Shown here piece by piece: positions 52,908-62,126 of a DNA stretch of 64,000 nucleotides. Under the pieces are notes generated by a model. It saw nothing but the letters and a program-made list of their open reading frames with translations. It was not told where the DNA came from and made no database searches. The position numbers and the translations under genes were made by a program. Every line of letters begins with the position of its first letter. Position 1 is the stretch's first letter. The stretch lies in NCBI GenBank assembly GCA_021845965.1, contig JAJZUZ010000001.1, positions 56,261-120,260 on the forward strand, written 5' to 3'. The stretch comes from Pseudomonadota bacterium (GTDB taxonomy: Bacteria > Pseudomonadota > Gammaproteobacteria > Burkholderiales > Burkholderiaceae_C).

Positions 52908-53736
52908 GCCAGGCATCGCCCTGCTGCTGGCTGCACTGCTGGCGGGCTGCGCGTCGTCGTCCAGGCCGCCACCCGAGCCACGCCTGCGCCTGCAGGCGCA
53001 GGACGCCGAGGCCAGCGGGGCGCGCCGCTACGCCCAGGGCGAGTACCTCGCTGCCGCGCAGCACTTTTCCGAGGCACTGCGCCTGCGCCTGAGTCTGGAC
53101 GACGTGCCCGCCGCCGCGCGCAATCGCCTGCAGCTGGCGCAGACCCGGCTGGCTCTGGGGCAGGCGCAGCTGGCGCTGGACGAGGCGACCCAGGTGCAGG
53201 ACAAGGGCTTGCAGCTTGCCGCCGGTTTGCTGCAGGTCCAGGCCCGGCTGGCGCTCGGGCAGGTCGATAGTGCGCGCCAGCAGCTGGTGCCGCTGGAGGC
53301 CGCGTGCCCGGCCGCCTGCCCGGAGCGTGGCCGTGTGCTGCTGCTGCAGGCGCGCACCGCCTGGGCAGCGGGTGATGTGGCGCAGACGGTGCGGCTGTGC
53401 ACGGCGGCCCAGCCCCTGCTGCGCGAGCGCGGCGAGGAGCGCGAAGCGGCCAATGCGTCCCGCCTGCTGGCTGCGGCGCAGCTGCAGAGTGGCGATGCCG
53501 CAGCGGCGCTGAGCGCGGCGCAGGCGGCATTGGCCATCGATCGCCAGCTGGCGTTGCCGGAGAAGATTGCCCGCGACTGGCTGCTGATTGGTGACATCCA
53601 GCGCCTCAGCGCGGGGGTATCGCATGGTGTTGATGCCCGGGCGGCCTATCTGCGTGCGCGCACCGTGGCGCAGGCGGCCCGTTTGAATGACTTGACCCAA
53701 CTCGCCGAACAGGCATTGCAGGAGACCTCGCGATGA
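52894..53736 (+). CDS. TPR-like lipoprotein
   Basis: LLAALLAGC lipobox, Ala/Leu-rich helical repeats; start could be 52879. Confidence 0.75.
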   Translation: MWRARPGIALLLAALLAGCASSSRPPPEPRLRLQAQDAEASGARRYAQGEYLAAAQHFSEALRLRLSLDDVPAAARNRLQLAQTRLALGQAQLALDEATQVQDKGLQLAAGLLQVQARLALGQVDSARQQLVPLEAACPAACPERGRVLLLQARTAWAAGDVAQTVRLCTAAQPLLRERGEEREAANASRLLAAAQLQSGDAAAALSAAQAALAIDRQLALPEKIARDWLLIGDIQRLSAGVSHGVDARAAYLRARTVAQAARLNDLTQLAEQALQETSR

Positions 53737-54587
53737 AGAAACACGCCCGCCGACTCTGCGTCGGATTGCTGTTGCTGTCCCTGGTGCTGCGCGCGCAGGC
53801 GCAGGCCGCGCAGGCTGCCCCCTTGGCGGCCGCACCCGCAGCCGGGGACCAAGCGGAGGAAGTGCAGCCGAAGTTCTTCATCTGGGGCCTGCTGCTGAAC
53901 GTGGCGCTGAAATTCGCCATGAACGCCTTTACCGAGTGGCGTCAGCAGAAGCTCACCAACGACCTCACGCCGATCAACTACAAGAAGCTGCTGCTGAACT
54001 CCGCCACGGCCGGCCTGATCTCCACGGCCGGCGGTGCGGTGGGCAGCCTGTTCGGCTTCAAGTCGGTGGGTGCCGAGGAAAACACGGTCGCGAACCTGCC
54101 CACCAAGCCGATCCAGCTGCAGAACGGCCAGCCCAACTACCAGGGCGCGCACGTGGCCATCGTGGCCTTCGATCGGGCGGGAAACCCGGTGGGCCTGCGG
54201 CCGGTGACGGCGGGCTTTCGCACCGGCGACCGCATCAAGCTCAAGGTGCTGCCCACCTTCGATGCGCTGGTGGTGATCGACAACATCAATCCGCAGGGCA
54301 AGCGGCAGCAGATCTATCCGCCCGCCGCGGATCAGGCCATCTCGCTCAAGGCCGGCGTGGAGGTGCTGCTGCCGCTGCGCGAAGACCAGTTCTTCGAATT
54401 TGCCGGCGTGACGGGTGACGAGCAGCTCGTCATCACCTTGCGCGACCCGCGGGCGGCGGGCGCGGCCGAATCCAAGGTCGAGGTGAGCCGCAAGGATGAG
54501 GACACCGGATCGAGCTTCGTGCAGGAGACGGCGCCGGGTACCTACCCGGTGATCGCGCAGTCGTTGAAGCTGCGACACGAGCGCTGA
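53733..54587 (+). CDS. Exported protein with DUF4384-like C-terminal domain
   Basis: Signal peptide; GFRTGDRIKL, NINPQG..QIYP, FEFAGVTGDEQL. Confidence 0.7.
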   Translation: MKKHARRLCVGLLLLSLVLRAQAQAAQAAPLAAAPAAGDQAEEVQPKFFIWGLLLNVALKFAMNAFTEWRQQKLTNDLTPINYKKLLLNSATAGLISTAGGAVGSLFGFKSVGAEENTVANLPTKPIQLQNGQPNYQGAHVAIVAFDRAGNPVGLRPVTAGFRTGDRIKLKVLPTFDALVVIDNINPQGKRQQIYPPAADQAISLKAGVEVLLPLREDQFFEFAGVTGDEQLVITLRDPRAAGAAESKVEVSRKDEDTGSSFVQETAPGTYPVIAQSLKLRHER

Positions 54588-54627
54588 GGGCAAAGCGCCA
54601 GGTTCAACTCGGCGGATGCGGCGGATG

Positions 54628-54699
54628 CGGCGGAACGGGCTTAGCCCGGCTGCTGGCGTCGTCCCCTCAGGGAGAAGCCGCGCAGCGGCTCAGAGGGGG
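54628..54699. repeat. REP-like palindromic element between convergent genes
   Basis: GGAACGGGCTTAGCCCGG..CTGGCGTCGTCCCCT..AGCCGCGCAGCGGCT..AGGGGG, similar layout to the 34792 element. Confidence 0.5.
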
Positions 54700-54705
54700 A
54701 TCGGG

Positions 54706-57700
54706 TTACCGTCCCGGGTCGCCGTACAGCGCGTACGGTGCCCAGAAGGCCGGGTGCGCATAGGCCATGACGGCGCGGCCCTGGCCGTCCTTGGCCGTGT
54801 CGGTGTCGATCAGGTCCAGCATGGCGCGGCGCAAGGCCTGCGCGCGTGTGAGCTGCGGGTCCTTGGCGTAACGCTCGAACAGGTGCGTCACCAGCTCGCG
54901 CGCCGACACCGTCTCCACCGGCCAGTGCGTGGCCAGCACCGAGCGCGCCCCGGCGTAGAAAAAGCCGCGCCCCAGACCTGATACCGCCTCGGCGCCGGTG
55001 CCGTCGGCCGCCGCCGTGTTGCAGGCCGACAGCACCACCAGGTCGGCATCGAGCGATAGCTTGAGGATGTCTTCCAGCTTGAGCAGGCCCGCGGTGATGG
55101 GCTGGCCCGGCGCCGGCGAGAGCGCCAGCGCCGGCTGGTCCAGGCCCGGCAGATCGCCGGCGATCAGGCCATGGGTGGCAAAGGCCACGATACGACGGCG
55201 CTTGAGGTCAGCGCCCAGCACGTTCTGCCGGTTCGCCTGTGCGCCGAAATAGGCATCGCGCTGGGGGTTGGCCGCCAGCGCGGTGGCAATGGCGGTGATC
55301 TCCTCGCGCGTGTCGGGTAGCGCCGTCAGGGTGGGGGCCTCCGGTACGGCCGGCGGCGGCGCGACGGGCGCATCAGCGCTGGTCTGGTTCTCGTCCCAGG
55401 TGGGGGCGTGCTTGATCTTGAGGTTGCGGGTGCCGCTGGCCACGACACGTTGTGCGCCGCGGGTGCTGTTGCCATCGGTCTGGGCGCCGAAGTCCGGATC
55501 GCCGAAGCCCACAAAGGGATCGCGCCGGCTCTGCGTCGCCGGCAAGGCGCGCAGCGTGACCAGGGCGCTGACCGAGGGCAGGTAGGCCACCGCCACTTTG
55601 CGCGCCAGCCACGGTACCTGCCGGTACTGCGCCATGGGCAGGCCGGGCGCTGCCTGCGTCGCAGCGGCGGCACCGGTGGGCAAGAGCGAGAAGGGTATCT
55701 GGCCCAGCGCGTCGTTGGCCACCACCAGCAGCGTGTCGGCCTGCGCCCAGGCCTGCTCGACCGGCGCCAGCAGTTCCTGGTACAGGGCCGCCCCGGCTTC
55801 CAGGTCAAAGCGCAGGCGGTCGAAACTGGCCCCGGTGGTCAGGTCCACCGAATCGCGCAGGCGCTTGACCTGCGCGGCCACCCAGTCCGGCTTCTGCGGG
55901 CTGAAGTGGAAGTGCAGCTCGCCCTGCGGACCCGTGGCCCAGACGTAGCTGCCCACGGGCGTGACGTAGACCGAGAGCAGGGCCTCGTTGGGCTTGAGCG
56001 CACGGCGCGTGGTGGCCAGATCGGCCGGCCGCGGGTTGACCAGGTTGTCGTACTGCGGGAACTGGCGCCGGATGTCGACCAGGTCGCGCTGCTGCTGCTT
56101 CTGGAGTTCGGCGATGCGCTGCTCCATGGCCTTGATGACGGCGGGCAGCTGGCGCTCGGGCGGGGCCGAGCGTTGCGTGATCAGGTTCTTGTAGACCGCC
56201 TGCAGCTCGTCGTCGGCATCCTGCACCTGCTTGATCTTGGCGCCCAGTTCGGGCGAGCCGGCGGCCGCGCGCAAGGCGGAGCCGGCCAGCGCCTTTTGTA
56301 CGCTCTGCCAGCGCGCCACATCGGCGACCCGGAAGGCCTCGGCAGTGTCGCCTGCCGTGCGCGTGCCCTTGTTGCCGACCAGCACATTGAGGTATTCGTT
56401 GAGGATCAGGCGCAGTCGGTTGGAACGTGCGACGCTGGCTCCGCTCTTGCCCACGACTTTGTCCGGGTCGGTGAGCACGACAAGGGCCGAGGCAAATTCC
56501 TTGCGCGCGTCATCCACGCGGCCCAGGCGGTGCAAGGCCATGGCACGGTAGGCACGGGCCTCGGCCGCGCGGTAGCTGTCGGCACCGTAGTTGCGGGTAT
56601 CGTGCGCGAACAGGCTATCGCCGTCGCGCAGGGCGTCGGCGTAGCGGCCGACCTGGATGTAGGCTCGGATCGAGAGCAGGGAGCCCTGGCCGAAGCCTGT
56701 TTCCATGCGGATGTCACCGGCCACCCTGTCGCGGATCGCATCGAACAGTGCCACGGCCTCGGTCGCACGGCCCGAGGCTGTCAGGGCATTGGCCAGAATG
56801 ACGCGACCGTTCAACCGGGCCGGGCTGGTTTCGGAAAAGCCGGCTTCTGTCAGGGCGCGTTCGGCCCATTCGGCCAGTACCGCCGCCTCGGCGTAACGGC
56901 CACGCTGGGTGGACACCTGTGCGAGCGTCCACAATGCACGGCCCGTGATGAAGGAGTTGCGGCCGTTGTGTATCAGGGAACTCTCCAGAACCTCGCGCGT
57001 GAGCAACTCCGCTTCGTCCAGCCGCTGCTGCTGGATGAGAACGCTGGCCAGAAACAGCCGGGTCCCGTTGTTGCGCGAGTAGATACGATCGATTGGAATC
57101 TCAAACGGCCGGTCGGGGGTGTTTCCACCATTGAGTTCGAGATTCCTCTCACCCTGGCGAATCGCAGCCAGATAGGCGCGCTCGGCGTCATCAAGCTTGC
57201 CTTCGTGGGCCAGCAGAAAGCCACGCGCCGTTTCAAGGAGCTGCTGGAAATGGGGCAAGCGTCCGCTCAGGCGAGGGCGGTTTGCAAGGCCCTGGTACAT
57301 CCCGTCAGCACGGGCCATGGCGGCGCGCGCGTTGTCCAAGTCACCAAGATGGACGTAGTTGGTAATGATATGAAAGTGGCTGGTCAGCAGCAGGCCGGCG
57401 TCCTGCGGCTTCGTGGGATCCAGCTCTGATGCCTGTGCGAGCACGGCGTCTTGCGACGCCGCGATGCTCTTGGAGAACCACAGGCTTATGGCGTGCTCGA
57501 AGCGTACGCGAAATGCACCCCCCAGGGCCATAGGCTGGAGGTGGGACTGCTGCGCGTAGGGGAGCGCTTTTTCCAGATACTCGGTGCGTTTTCGAACCTC
57601 CTGCAGCTCTTCAGCGATCAGTGCCTTTGCGTGCCAGGCTCGTGCCAGATCTGCCGGGTCAGAGGTCGATGGGATGGGGGTGTCCAAAGCTGCGTGCAGT

Positions 57701-57900
57701 TTGCGCACCCGTTCCACATCGGGCTGGTAGCTGCGCAGCAGCAGCACCAGGTCGGCGATGGTCGGCGGCGGCGGGCGCGACGTGTCGATGACTGGCAGCA
57801 CGGGGGCGCTGGCAGCCGGCGCAGGCGCTGCGACCTGGGCCGAGATGTTGACGGACAGTCCCGCCAGCAGCAGGGCCGCGAGGCGTTTGATCTTGTGCAT
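54706..57900 (-). CDS. Exported TPR + CHAT-domain (caspase-like) protease
   Basis: Signal peptide, TPR-like helices, LGQIPFSLL, FGDPDF, LPDTREE, FATHG (His), LSACNT (Cys), HPAFWAPY. Confidence 0.9.
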   Translation of the reverse strand: MHKIKRLAALLLAGLSVNISAQVAAPAPAASAPVLPVIDTSRPPPPTIADLVLLLRSYQPDVERVRKLHAALDTPIPSTSDPADLARAWHAKALIAEELQEVRKRTEYLEKALPYAQQSHLQPMALGGAFRVRFEHAISLWFSKSIAASQDAVLAQASELDPTKPQDAGLLLTSHFHIITNYVHLGDLDNARAAMARADGMYQGLANRPRLSGRLPHFQQLLETARGFLLAHEGKLDDAERAYLAAIRQGERNLELNGGNTPDRPFEIPIDRIYSRNNGTRLFLASVLIQQQRLDEAELLTREVLESSLIHNGRNSFITGRALWTLAQVSTQRGRYAEAAVLAEWAERALTEAGFSETSPARLNGRVILANALTASGRATEAVALFDAIRDRVAGDIRMETGFGQGSLLSIRAYIQVGRYADALRDGDSLFAHDTRNYGADSYRAAEARAYRAMALHRLGRVDDARKEFASALVVLTDPDKVVGKSGASVARSNRLRLILNEYLNVLVGNKGTRTAGDTAEAFRVADVARWQSVQKALAGSALRAAAGSPELGAKIKQVQDADDELQAVYKNLITQRSAPPERQLPAVIKAMEQRIAELQKQQQRDLVDIRRQFPQYDNLVNPRPADLATTRRALKPNEALLSVYVTPVGSYVWATGPQGELHFHFSPQKPDWVAAQVKRLRDSVDLTTGASFDRLRFDLEAGAALYQELLAPVEQAWAQADTLLVVANDALGQIPFSLLPTGAAAATQAAPGLPMAQYRQVPWLARKVAVAYLPSVSALVTLRALPATQSRRDPFVGFGDPDFGAQTDGNSTRGAQRVVASGTRNLKIKHAPTWDENQTSADAPVAPPPAVPEAPTLTALPDTREEITAIATALAANPQRDAYFGAQANRQNVLGADLKRRRIVAFATHGLIAGDLPGLDQPALALSPAPGQPITAGLLKLEDILKLSLDADLVVLSACNTAAADGTGAEAVSGLGRGFFYAGARSVLATHWPVETVSARELVTHLFERYAKDPQLTRAQALRRAMLDLIDTDTAKDGQGRAVMAYAHPAFWAPYALYGDPGR

Positions 57901-58010
57901 GACGCGGGTCTCCCGGGTGCGGTGTACGGCCCATGATAGCGGCCGGCTTCGATTGGCTACACTCGCCCGACAGTGCCGCCCGCCAAATCCTTCACATCCA
58001 CGTCCAACCC

Positions 58011-59177
58011 GTGACTGCCGCGTTGCTTTCCCGTCTCAGCCGCTCCGGCGCGCCGCGCTGGCTGGTGGCGCTCGGTCTGTGCGCCGCTTTGACAGGGGTG
58101 GATGCTTGGCTGCGTGCCCCTGTGCCGGCGGCGCCCCGTGCTGCCTGGCCAGGTGGTGCCGCGCAGGCGGGGGGGACCCTGATGCTGCAGTCGGCCGGGC
58201 GCATCCCCATGCCGCCCGGCGCCGCCGCGGCCCATGCCAGCAGCCTGCTCGCGCTGCCATCGGACCAGCCTGCGGTGCTGCAGGCCTACTGGTTTGCCGG
58301 CTCGCGCGAGAGCGGGCCGGATGTGCAGATCGCCATGTCGCAGTTCGATCGCGCGACCCAGCAATGGAGTCCGGCCCGCTATGTGGTGAACCGCGACCAG
58401 GCGGGCGCAGAGCTGGGCTTCGGGCTGCGTCGTCTGGGCAACCCGGTGGCCTGGCGTGACGGGCAGGGGCGCATTCATCTCTTCGTGGTGGCCACGGGGC
58501 TGGGCGGCTGGTCGGCCGGACGCATCCTGCATCTGCGTCAGGACGGGCCGCAGCAACCCTTCCGGCCGCTGCGCGTGCTGCCGCTGTCCTGGCTGTGGGA
58601 TACCAGCCATCTGGTGCGTGCCATCCCGCTGCCTCTGGCCGATGGCGGCATGATGCTGCCGGTGTACTTTGAGCTCGGCATGAAGTACCCGCTGCTGTTG
58701 CGTTTCGATGCGCAGGGCGAGTTCCGCGGCATGGTGCGCATGTCGCAGCGGCGCGACCTCTTGCAGCCCACGCTGCTGGCGCAGAGCGAGACGCAATGGC
58801 TGGCATTGCTGCGCGACAACCGGCCGGATCGCCGCGTGCGTGCGGTGCAGACCCACGATGGTGGCCTGAGCTGGCAGGACCTGCCCGACCCCGGCCTGCC
58901 CAACCCCGATGCGTCGCTGGTCGGCTTGAGTCTGCGGCCCGATCTCATGTTCCTGGCCCACAATCCGCACCCCGAATCGCGCGCGCAGCTGGCACTGAGC
59001 CGCTCCACCGATGGCCTGCACTGGACGCAGCTGGAGTTGCTGGCGCAGGGTGAGGAGCGCAGCGAGTTTTCGTACCCGTCCCTGGCCTGGGTCGACGGCA
59101 GCCTGTGGGTCAGCTACACCGAGCAGCGGCGCGCCATTGCCTGGCAGCGCTTTGCCTTCGTGCCGGCGGCGCGCTGA
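58011..59177 (+). CDS. BNR/Asp-box (sialidase-like) beta-propeller protein
   Basis: AHAS, WFAGSRE, GNPV, THDGGLSW and STDGLHW Asp-boxes, FSYPS. Confidence 0.8.
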   Translation: MTAALLSRLSRSGAPRWLVALGLCAALTGVDAWLRAPVPAAPRAAWPGGAAQAGGTLMLQSAGRIPMPPGAAAAHASSLLALPSDQPAVLQAYWFAGSRESGPDVQIAMSQFDRATQQWSPARYVVNRDQAGAELGFGLRRLGNPVAWRDGQGRIHLFVVATGLGGWSAGRILHLRQDGPQQPFRPLRVLPLSWLWDTSHLVRAIPLPLADGGMMLPVYFELGMKYPLLLRFDAQGEFRGMVRMSQRRDLLQPTLLAQSETQWLALLRDNRPDRRVRAVQTHDGGLSWQDLPDPGLPNPDASLVGLSLRPDLMFLAHNPHPESRAQLALSRSTDGLHWTQLELLAQGEERSEFSYPSLAWVDGSLWVSYTEQRRAIAWQRFAFVPAAR

Positions 59178-59190
59178 GAAGGCATTGATC

Positions 59191-59835
59191 ATGGAGTCGA
59201 CATCCTTGCTGCCATCCCTGCTGTCCACGCAGACCCCCTTGTCGCCGGCGCCGGGTGTGGCGCAGGTTTACCTGTCAGTCAGCTGGGCGCTGGTGCTGGC
59301 GGGCCTTTCCGTCATGCTCCTGCAGCGCCGGGTGGCGGATCGGCGCGTGGCGCGGGGCCTGCCCCTGCTGCTCCTGCTGGCCTGTCTGCTGCCAGGCATG
59401 GCCTCGCCGGCCTACTGGCTGGGGCTGGCGTTTCGCGCACCCAGCCTGCTGTCGACGTTGCTGTGCACGCTGGTGCTGCTGGGGCATTACCGCCCGCAGC
59501 TCGCCGCTTCGGCATGGTTCGATGAATTGCGCCGCGGGGCCCCGGCGTTCGTGCTGCTGGGCTGGGTACTGCTGCTCGACACCTTGGCCTTGTCGCCGTT
59601 CAGCCTGTATGCGCTGGGCTTTGCACCGCTGGCGCTGGGCGTTGCGGTCCTGCTTGGCCTGCTGCCCTGGCTGCTGCGCGGTGAGTGGCCCCTGTCGGCG
59701 CTGATCGTGACAAGCTGCGCGCTGTATGTGATCCTGCGCCTGCCCAGCGGCAACGTCTGGGACGCGCTGATCGACCCCTGGCTGTGGCTCGTGGTGCAGG
59801 CGGGCTGGCTGCGTCGCCTGCTGCGGCGTCACTGA
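59191..59835 (+). CDS. Hypothetical multi-pass membrane protein
   Basis: Hydrophobic; LYALGF and GNVWDALIDPWL motifs. Confidence 0.7.
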   Translation: MESTSLLPSLLSTQTPLSPAPGVAQVYLSVSWALVLAGLSVMLLQRRVADRRVARGLPLLLLLACLLPGMASPAYWLGLAFRAPSLLSTLLCTLVLLGHYRPQLAASAWFDELRRGAPAFVLLGWVLLLDTLALSPFSLYALGFAPLALGVAVLLGLLPWLLRGEWPLSALIVTSCALYVILRLPSGNVWDALIDPWLWLVVQAGWLRRLLRRH

Positions 59836-61604
59836 GTCCGGGCGAGCAGCCACTCGCGCCGGAACAGCCAGTCCTGCGGATACCAGACGTTGTCCAGGCG
59901 CACCTCACCGGGCAGGTGGCGGCTGGTCAGCAGCCAGCGTTCGCCGAGCACACGGCATTGCGGCCGGCAGGGCGGCGTGTTTTGCGCGCGGTCGTGCTGG
60001 ATCCAGACCACGGCCTCGTGGGTGGCCAGCAACTCCTGCAGTTCCTCGGCAGGGGTCGGTGGGGGGACACCCGGCGTGCGGCGGGCCAGGGCGCGGGCGC
60101 CGGTCTCGTAGGGCAGGAACTGGTGCGGGCCGGGGAGCAGGAACTGAAAACGCTCGAACTGGGCGTTGAAGCCGTTGGGGACGGCGATGCGGCCCGGCGG
60201 CGTGGCGACGATGGTTGGCACGCCGTAGCGGCCCACCGGCCCATCCATGGGGGCCACCGTCAGGTCGAAGGCTGCGTAGACGAGCAGCGTGACCAGCACG
60301 GCAGCGCCGCGGGTCCAGGCAGGGCGTAGCAGGCCGGCGAGCGCCACTGCCATGCCGCCGGCCACCACCAGCGTGGCCTGCAGAAACTCCGGCGTCGACG
60401 AGAGTTCCAGCGCATGGCCGACCCAGGCAATGCGCGCGATCATGGCCAGCGCGCCCGCGGCCAGCAGCAGCGTGGGCATGAACCAGCCGCGTGCCAGGTC
60501 GCGCCAGTGCAGCGCGAGCAGCATGGCGACCGCCGGCATGGCGGGTATCACGTAGCGCGCCGAGCGCTGGCTCGGGAACAGGAAGACCAGCAGCCAGACC
60601 AGCGCCCAGGCCAGCAGGATGGCGGTATGCGGCGACAGCGGCCAGGCCTTGCGTGCCTGCGGCAGGCGCTTGGCGCCGAGCCAGGCCAGACCCAGCGTCG
60701 CCGCGAAGAGCAGGCCGGCATTGACACCATAGGCCAGCAGCTGCGACCAGATGCTGGAGCCGCTGAGCGCGAAGGCCTCCTGCCACCAGCCGCGCTGGTC
60801 GTGGAACTTGGCGGCGTTCTCCGCCAGGATGAATTCGCGCCACACCGCCTGCGGATCCGGGTCCAGCACGAACCACAGGCCGAACACGCCCAGGGCAATG
60901 ACGGCACTGACACCCACGCGCAGCGTGTGCCGCCAGAGCGCCTGCCAGCTTGGATGCGACTCGCTGGCGACCAGGGCCAGCCACCAGGCCGCAGCGGCGG
61001 GGGCGATGAGCGCGAAGGACTTGTAGGCCAGGCCGAGGCCCAGGCCGAGGCCGAAGAGGGTGTGCGCAATCCAGCCGGGACTGGCCGCGGGCAGGCGCGC
61101 GCGCAGCCAAAGCAGCGCGAACAGCGGCAGGCTGAACCAGAAAGTCTCGGGCGCGCTGGTGAGGTAGGGGCGGCCGTAGCGGAAGGTGCTCAGGAACGAG
61201 AGGAAGATGGCGGCGGCCAGCAGGCCCTCGCGCCAGCGCTGTGTGACGGCGCGCAGGCACAGCACGATGGCGGCGCCCGCCAGCAGCAGGTAGAGCAGGC
61301 TGGGCGTGCGCAGGGCCGCCACGCTCCAGTGCTCGCCCCAGCCGCCGGCCACCATGGCCTGCCAGAACAACATGGGGGGTTTGGTGTTGCGTGTATCGAC
61401 CAGTTCGGAGGCCAGCGGCAGCCAGTGTCCGGTCTCGGCGGTCTTGCGCGCGATGTGGGTGTAGACCAGCTCGTCGCCGTTGGTGGGTGCGTACTGGCCG
61501 TCCAGGCCAAAGACGTAGGCGAAGGCGGCCAGCAGCAGGAGCAGCGCCCAGAAGGCGGTGTGGTGCCGCTCGGGAGTCGGGGAGGGTGATTGCATGGCGG
61601 ACAT
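59829..61604 (-). CDS. ArnT/PMT-like (GT-C) lipid-carrier glycosyltransferase
   Basis: NGDELVY, TKPPMLFW, ALRTPS, LAYKS, RYVIPAMP; many TM helices. Confidence 0.85.
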   Translation of the reverse strand: MSAMQSPSPTPERHHTAFWALLLLLAAFAYVFGLDGQYAPTNGDELVYTHIARKTAETGHWLPLASELVDTRNTKPPMLFWQAMVAGGWGEHWSVAALRTPSLLYLLLAGAAIVLCLRAVTQRWREGLLAAAIFLSFLSTFRYGRPYLTSAPETFWFSLPLFALLWLRARLPAASPGWIAHTLFGLGLGLGLAYKSFALIAPAAAAWWLALVASESHPSWQALWRHTLRVGVSAVIALGVFGLWFVLDPDPQAVWREFILAENAAKFHDQRGWWQEAFALSGSSIWSQLLAYGVNAGLLFAATLGLAWLGAKRLPQARKAWPLSPHTAILLAWALVWLLVFLFPSQRSARYVIPAMPAVAMLLALHWRDLARGWFMPTLLLAAGALAMIARIAWVGHALELSSTPEFLQATLVVAGGMAVALAGLLRPAWTRGAAVLVTLLVYAAFDLTVAPMDGPVGRYGVPTIVATPPGRIAVPNGFNAQFERFQFLLPGPHQFLPYETGARALARRTPGVPPPTPAEELQELLATHEAVVWIQHDRAQNTPPCRPQCRVLGERWLLTSRHLPGEVRLDNVWYPQDWLFRREWLLARTQ

Positions 61605-61634
61605 CGGGCCGGCGCATGCCGGCTGTGTCCGCAA

Positions 61635-62126
61635 TTATGGCGTGCGCTTGTGGCGGAAGGTCCAGCGGTCGTTGGCGATGAAGTTGCTGACGCTGGCGAT
61701 CACGATGGCCGTGACGTTGGCCAGCAGATAGTGCATGAAGTGCGTGAGCGTCAAGGTGAGCCCGTATTGCAGCAGGATGCCGATCCAGGAGGCCGTGGCG
61801 TACTGTCCCAGCTGGGCAAGCAGGCCGCGTTTGCTCAGGCGCTCGCCTTCCTGCACCGCGGTGGCGTGCAGGCGGTCCGACCAGGTCCACAGGCGGTTCC
61901 AGGTGAAGTTGTTCACCGTGGCCACGGCAATGGCCAGCGCGAGCGAGAAATAGGGTTTGCTGCCCATCGGTTCGATGGTGCGAAACAGGTATTCATGCGC
62001 CCCATAGAGCACGGCCAGATTCACCACCGTGCCGCTGGCGCCGACGATGCCGAAGCGCACGTAGCGAAAGCTGTGCAGCCAGTCGATCAGCTGCCAGAGT
62101 CGGTCACGCAGGGAAGGGGAGCTCAT
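61635..62126 (-). CDS. GtrA-family putative flippase
   Basis: RFGIVGASGTVVN, NNFTWNRLWTW, NFIANDRWTF. Confidence 0.88.
   Translation of the reverse strand: MSSPSLRDRLWQLIDWLHSFRYVRFGIVGASGTVVNLAVLYGAHEYLFRTIEPMGSKPYFSLALAIAVATVNNFTWNRLWTWSDRLHATAVQEGERLSKRGLLAQLGQYATASWIGILLQYGLTLTLTHFMHYLLANVTAIVIASVSNFIANDRWTFRHKRTP

Noticed and set aside
54610-54636. Short tandem repeat CGGCGGATG, about three copies
   Set aside because: Too short and intergenic; probably slippage at the edge of the REP-like element.
49664-57900. Craspase (type III-E CRISPR) or gasdermin defence locus
   Set aside because: No Cas7-11, CRISPR array or recognisable gasdermin ORF, and both proteases carry signal peptides.
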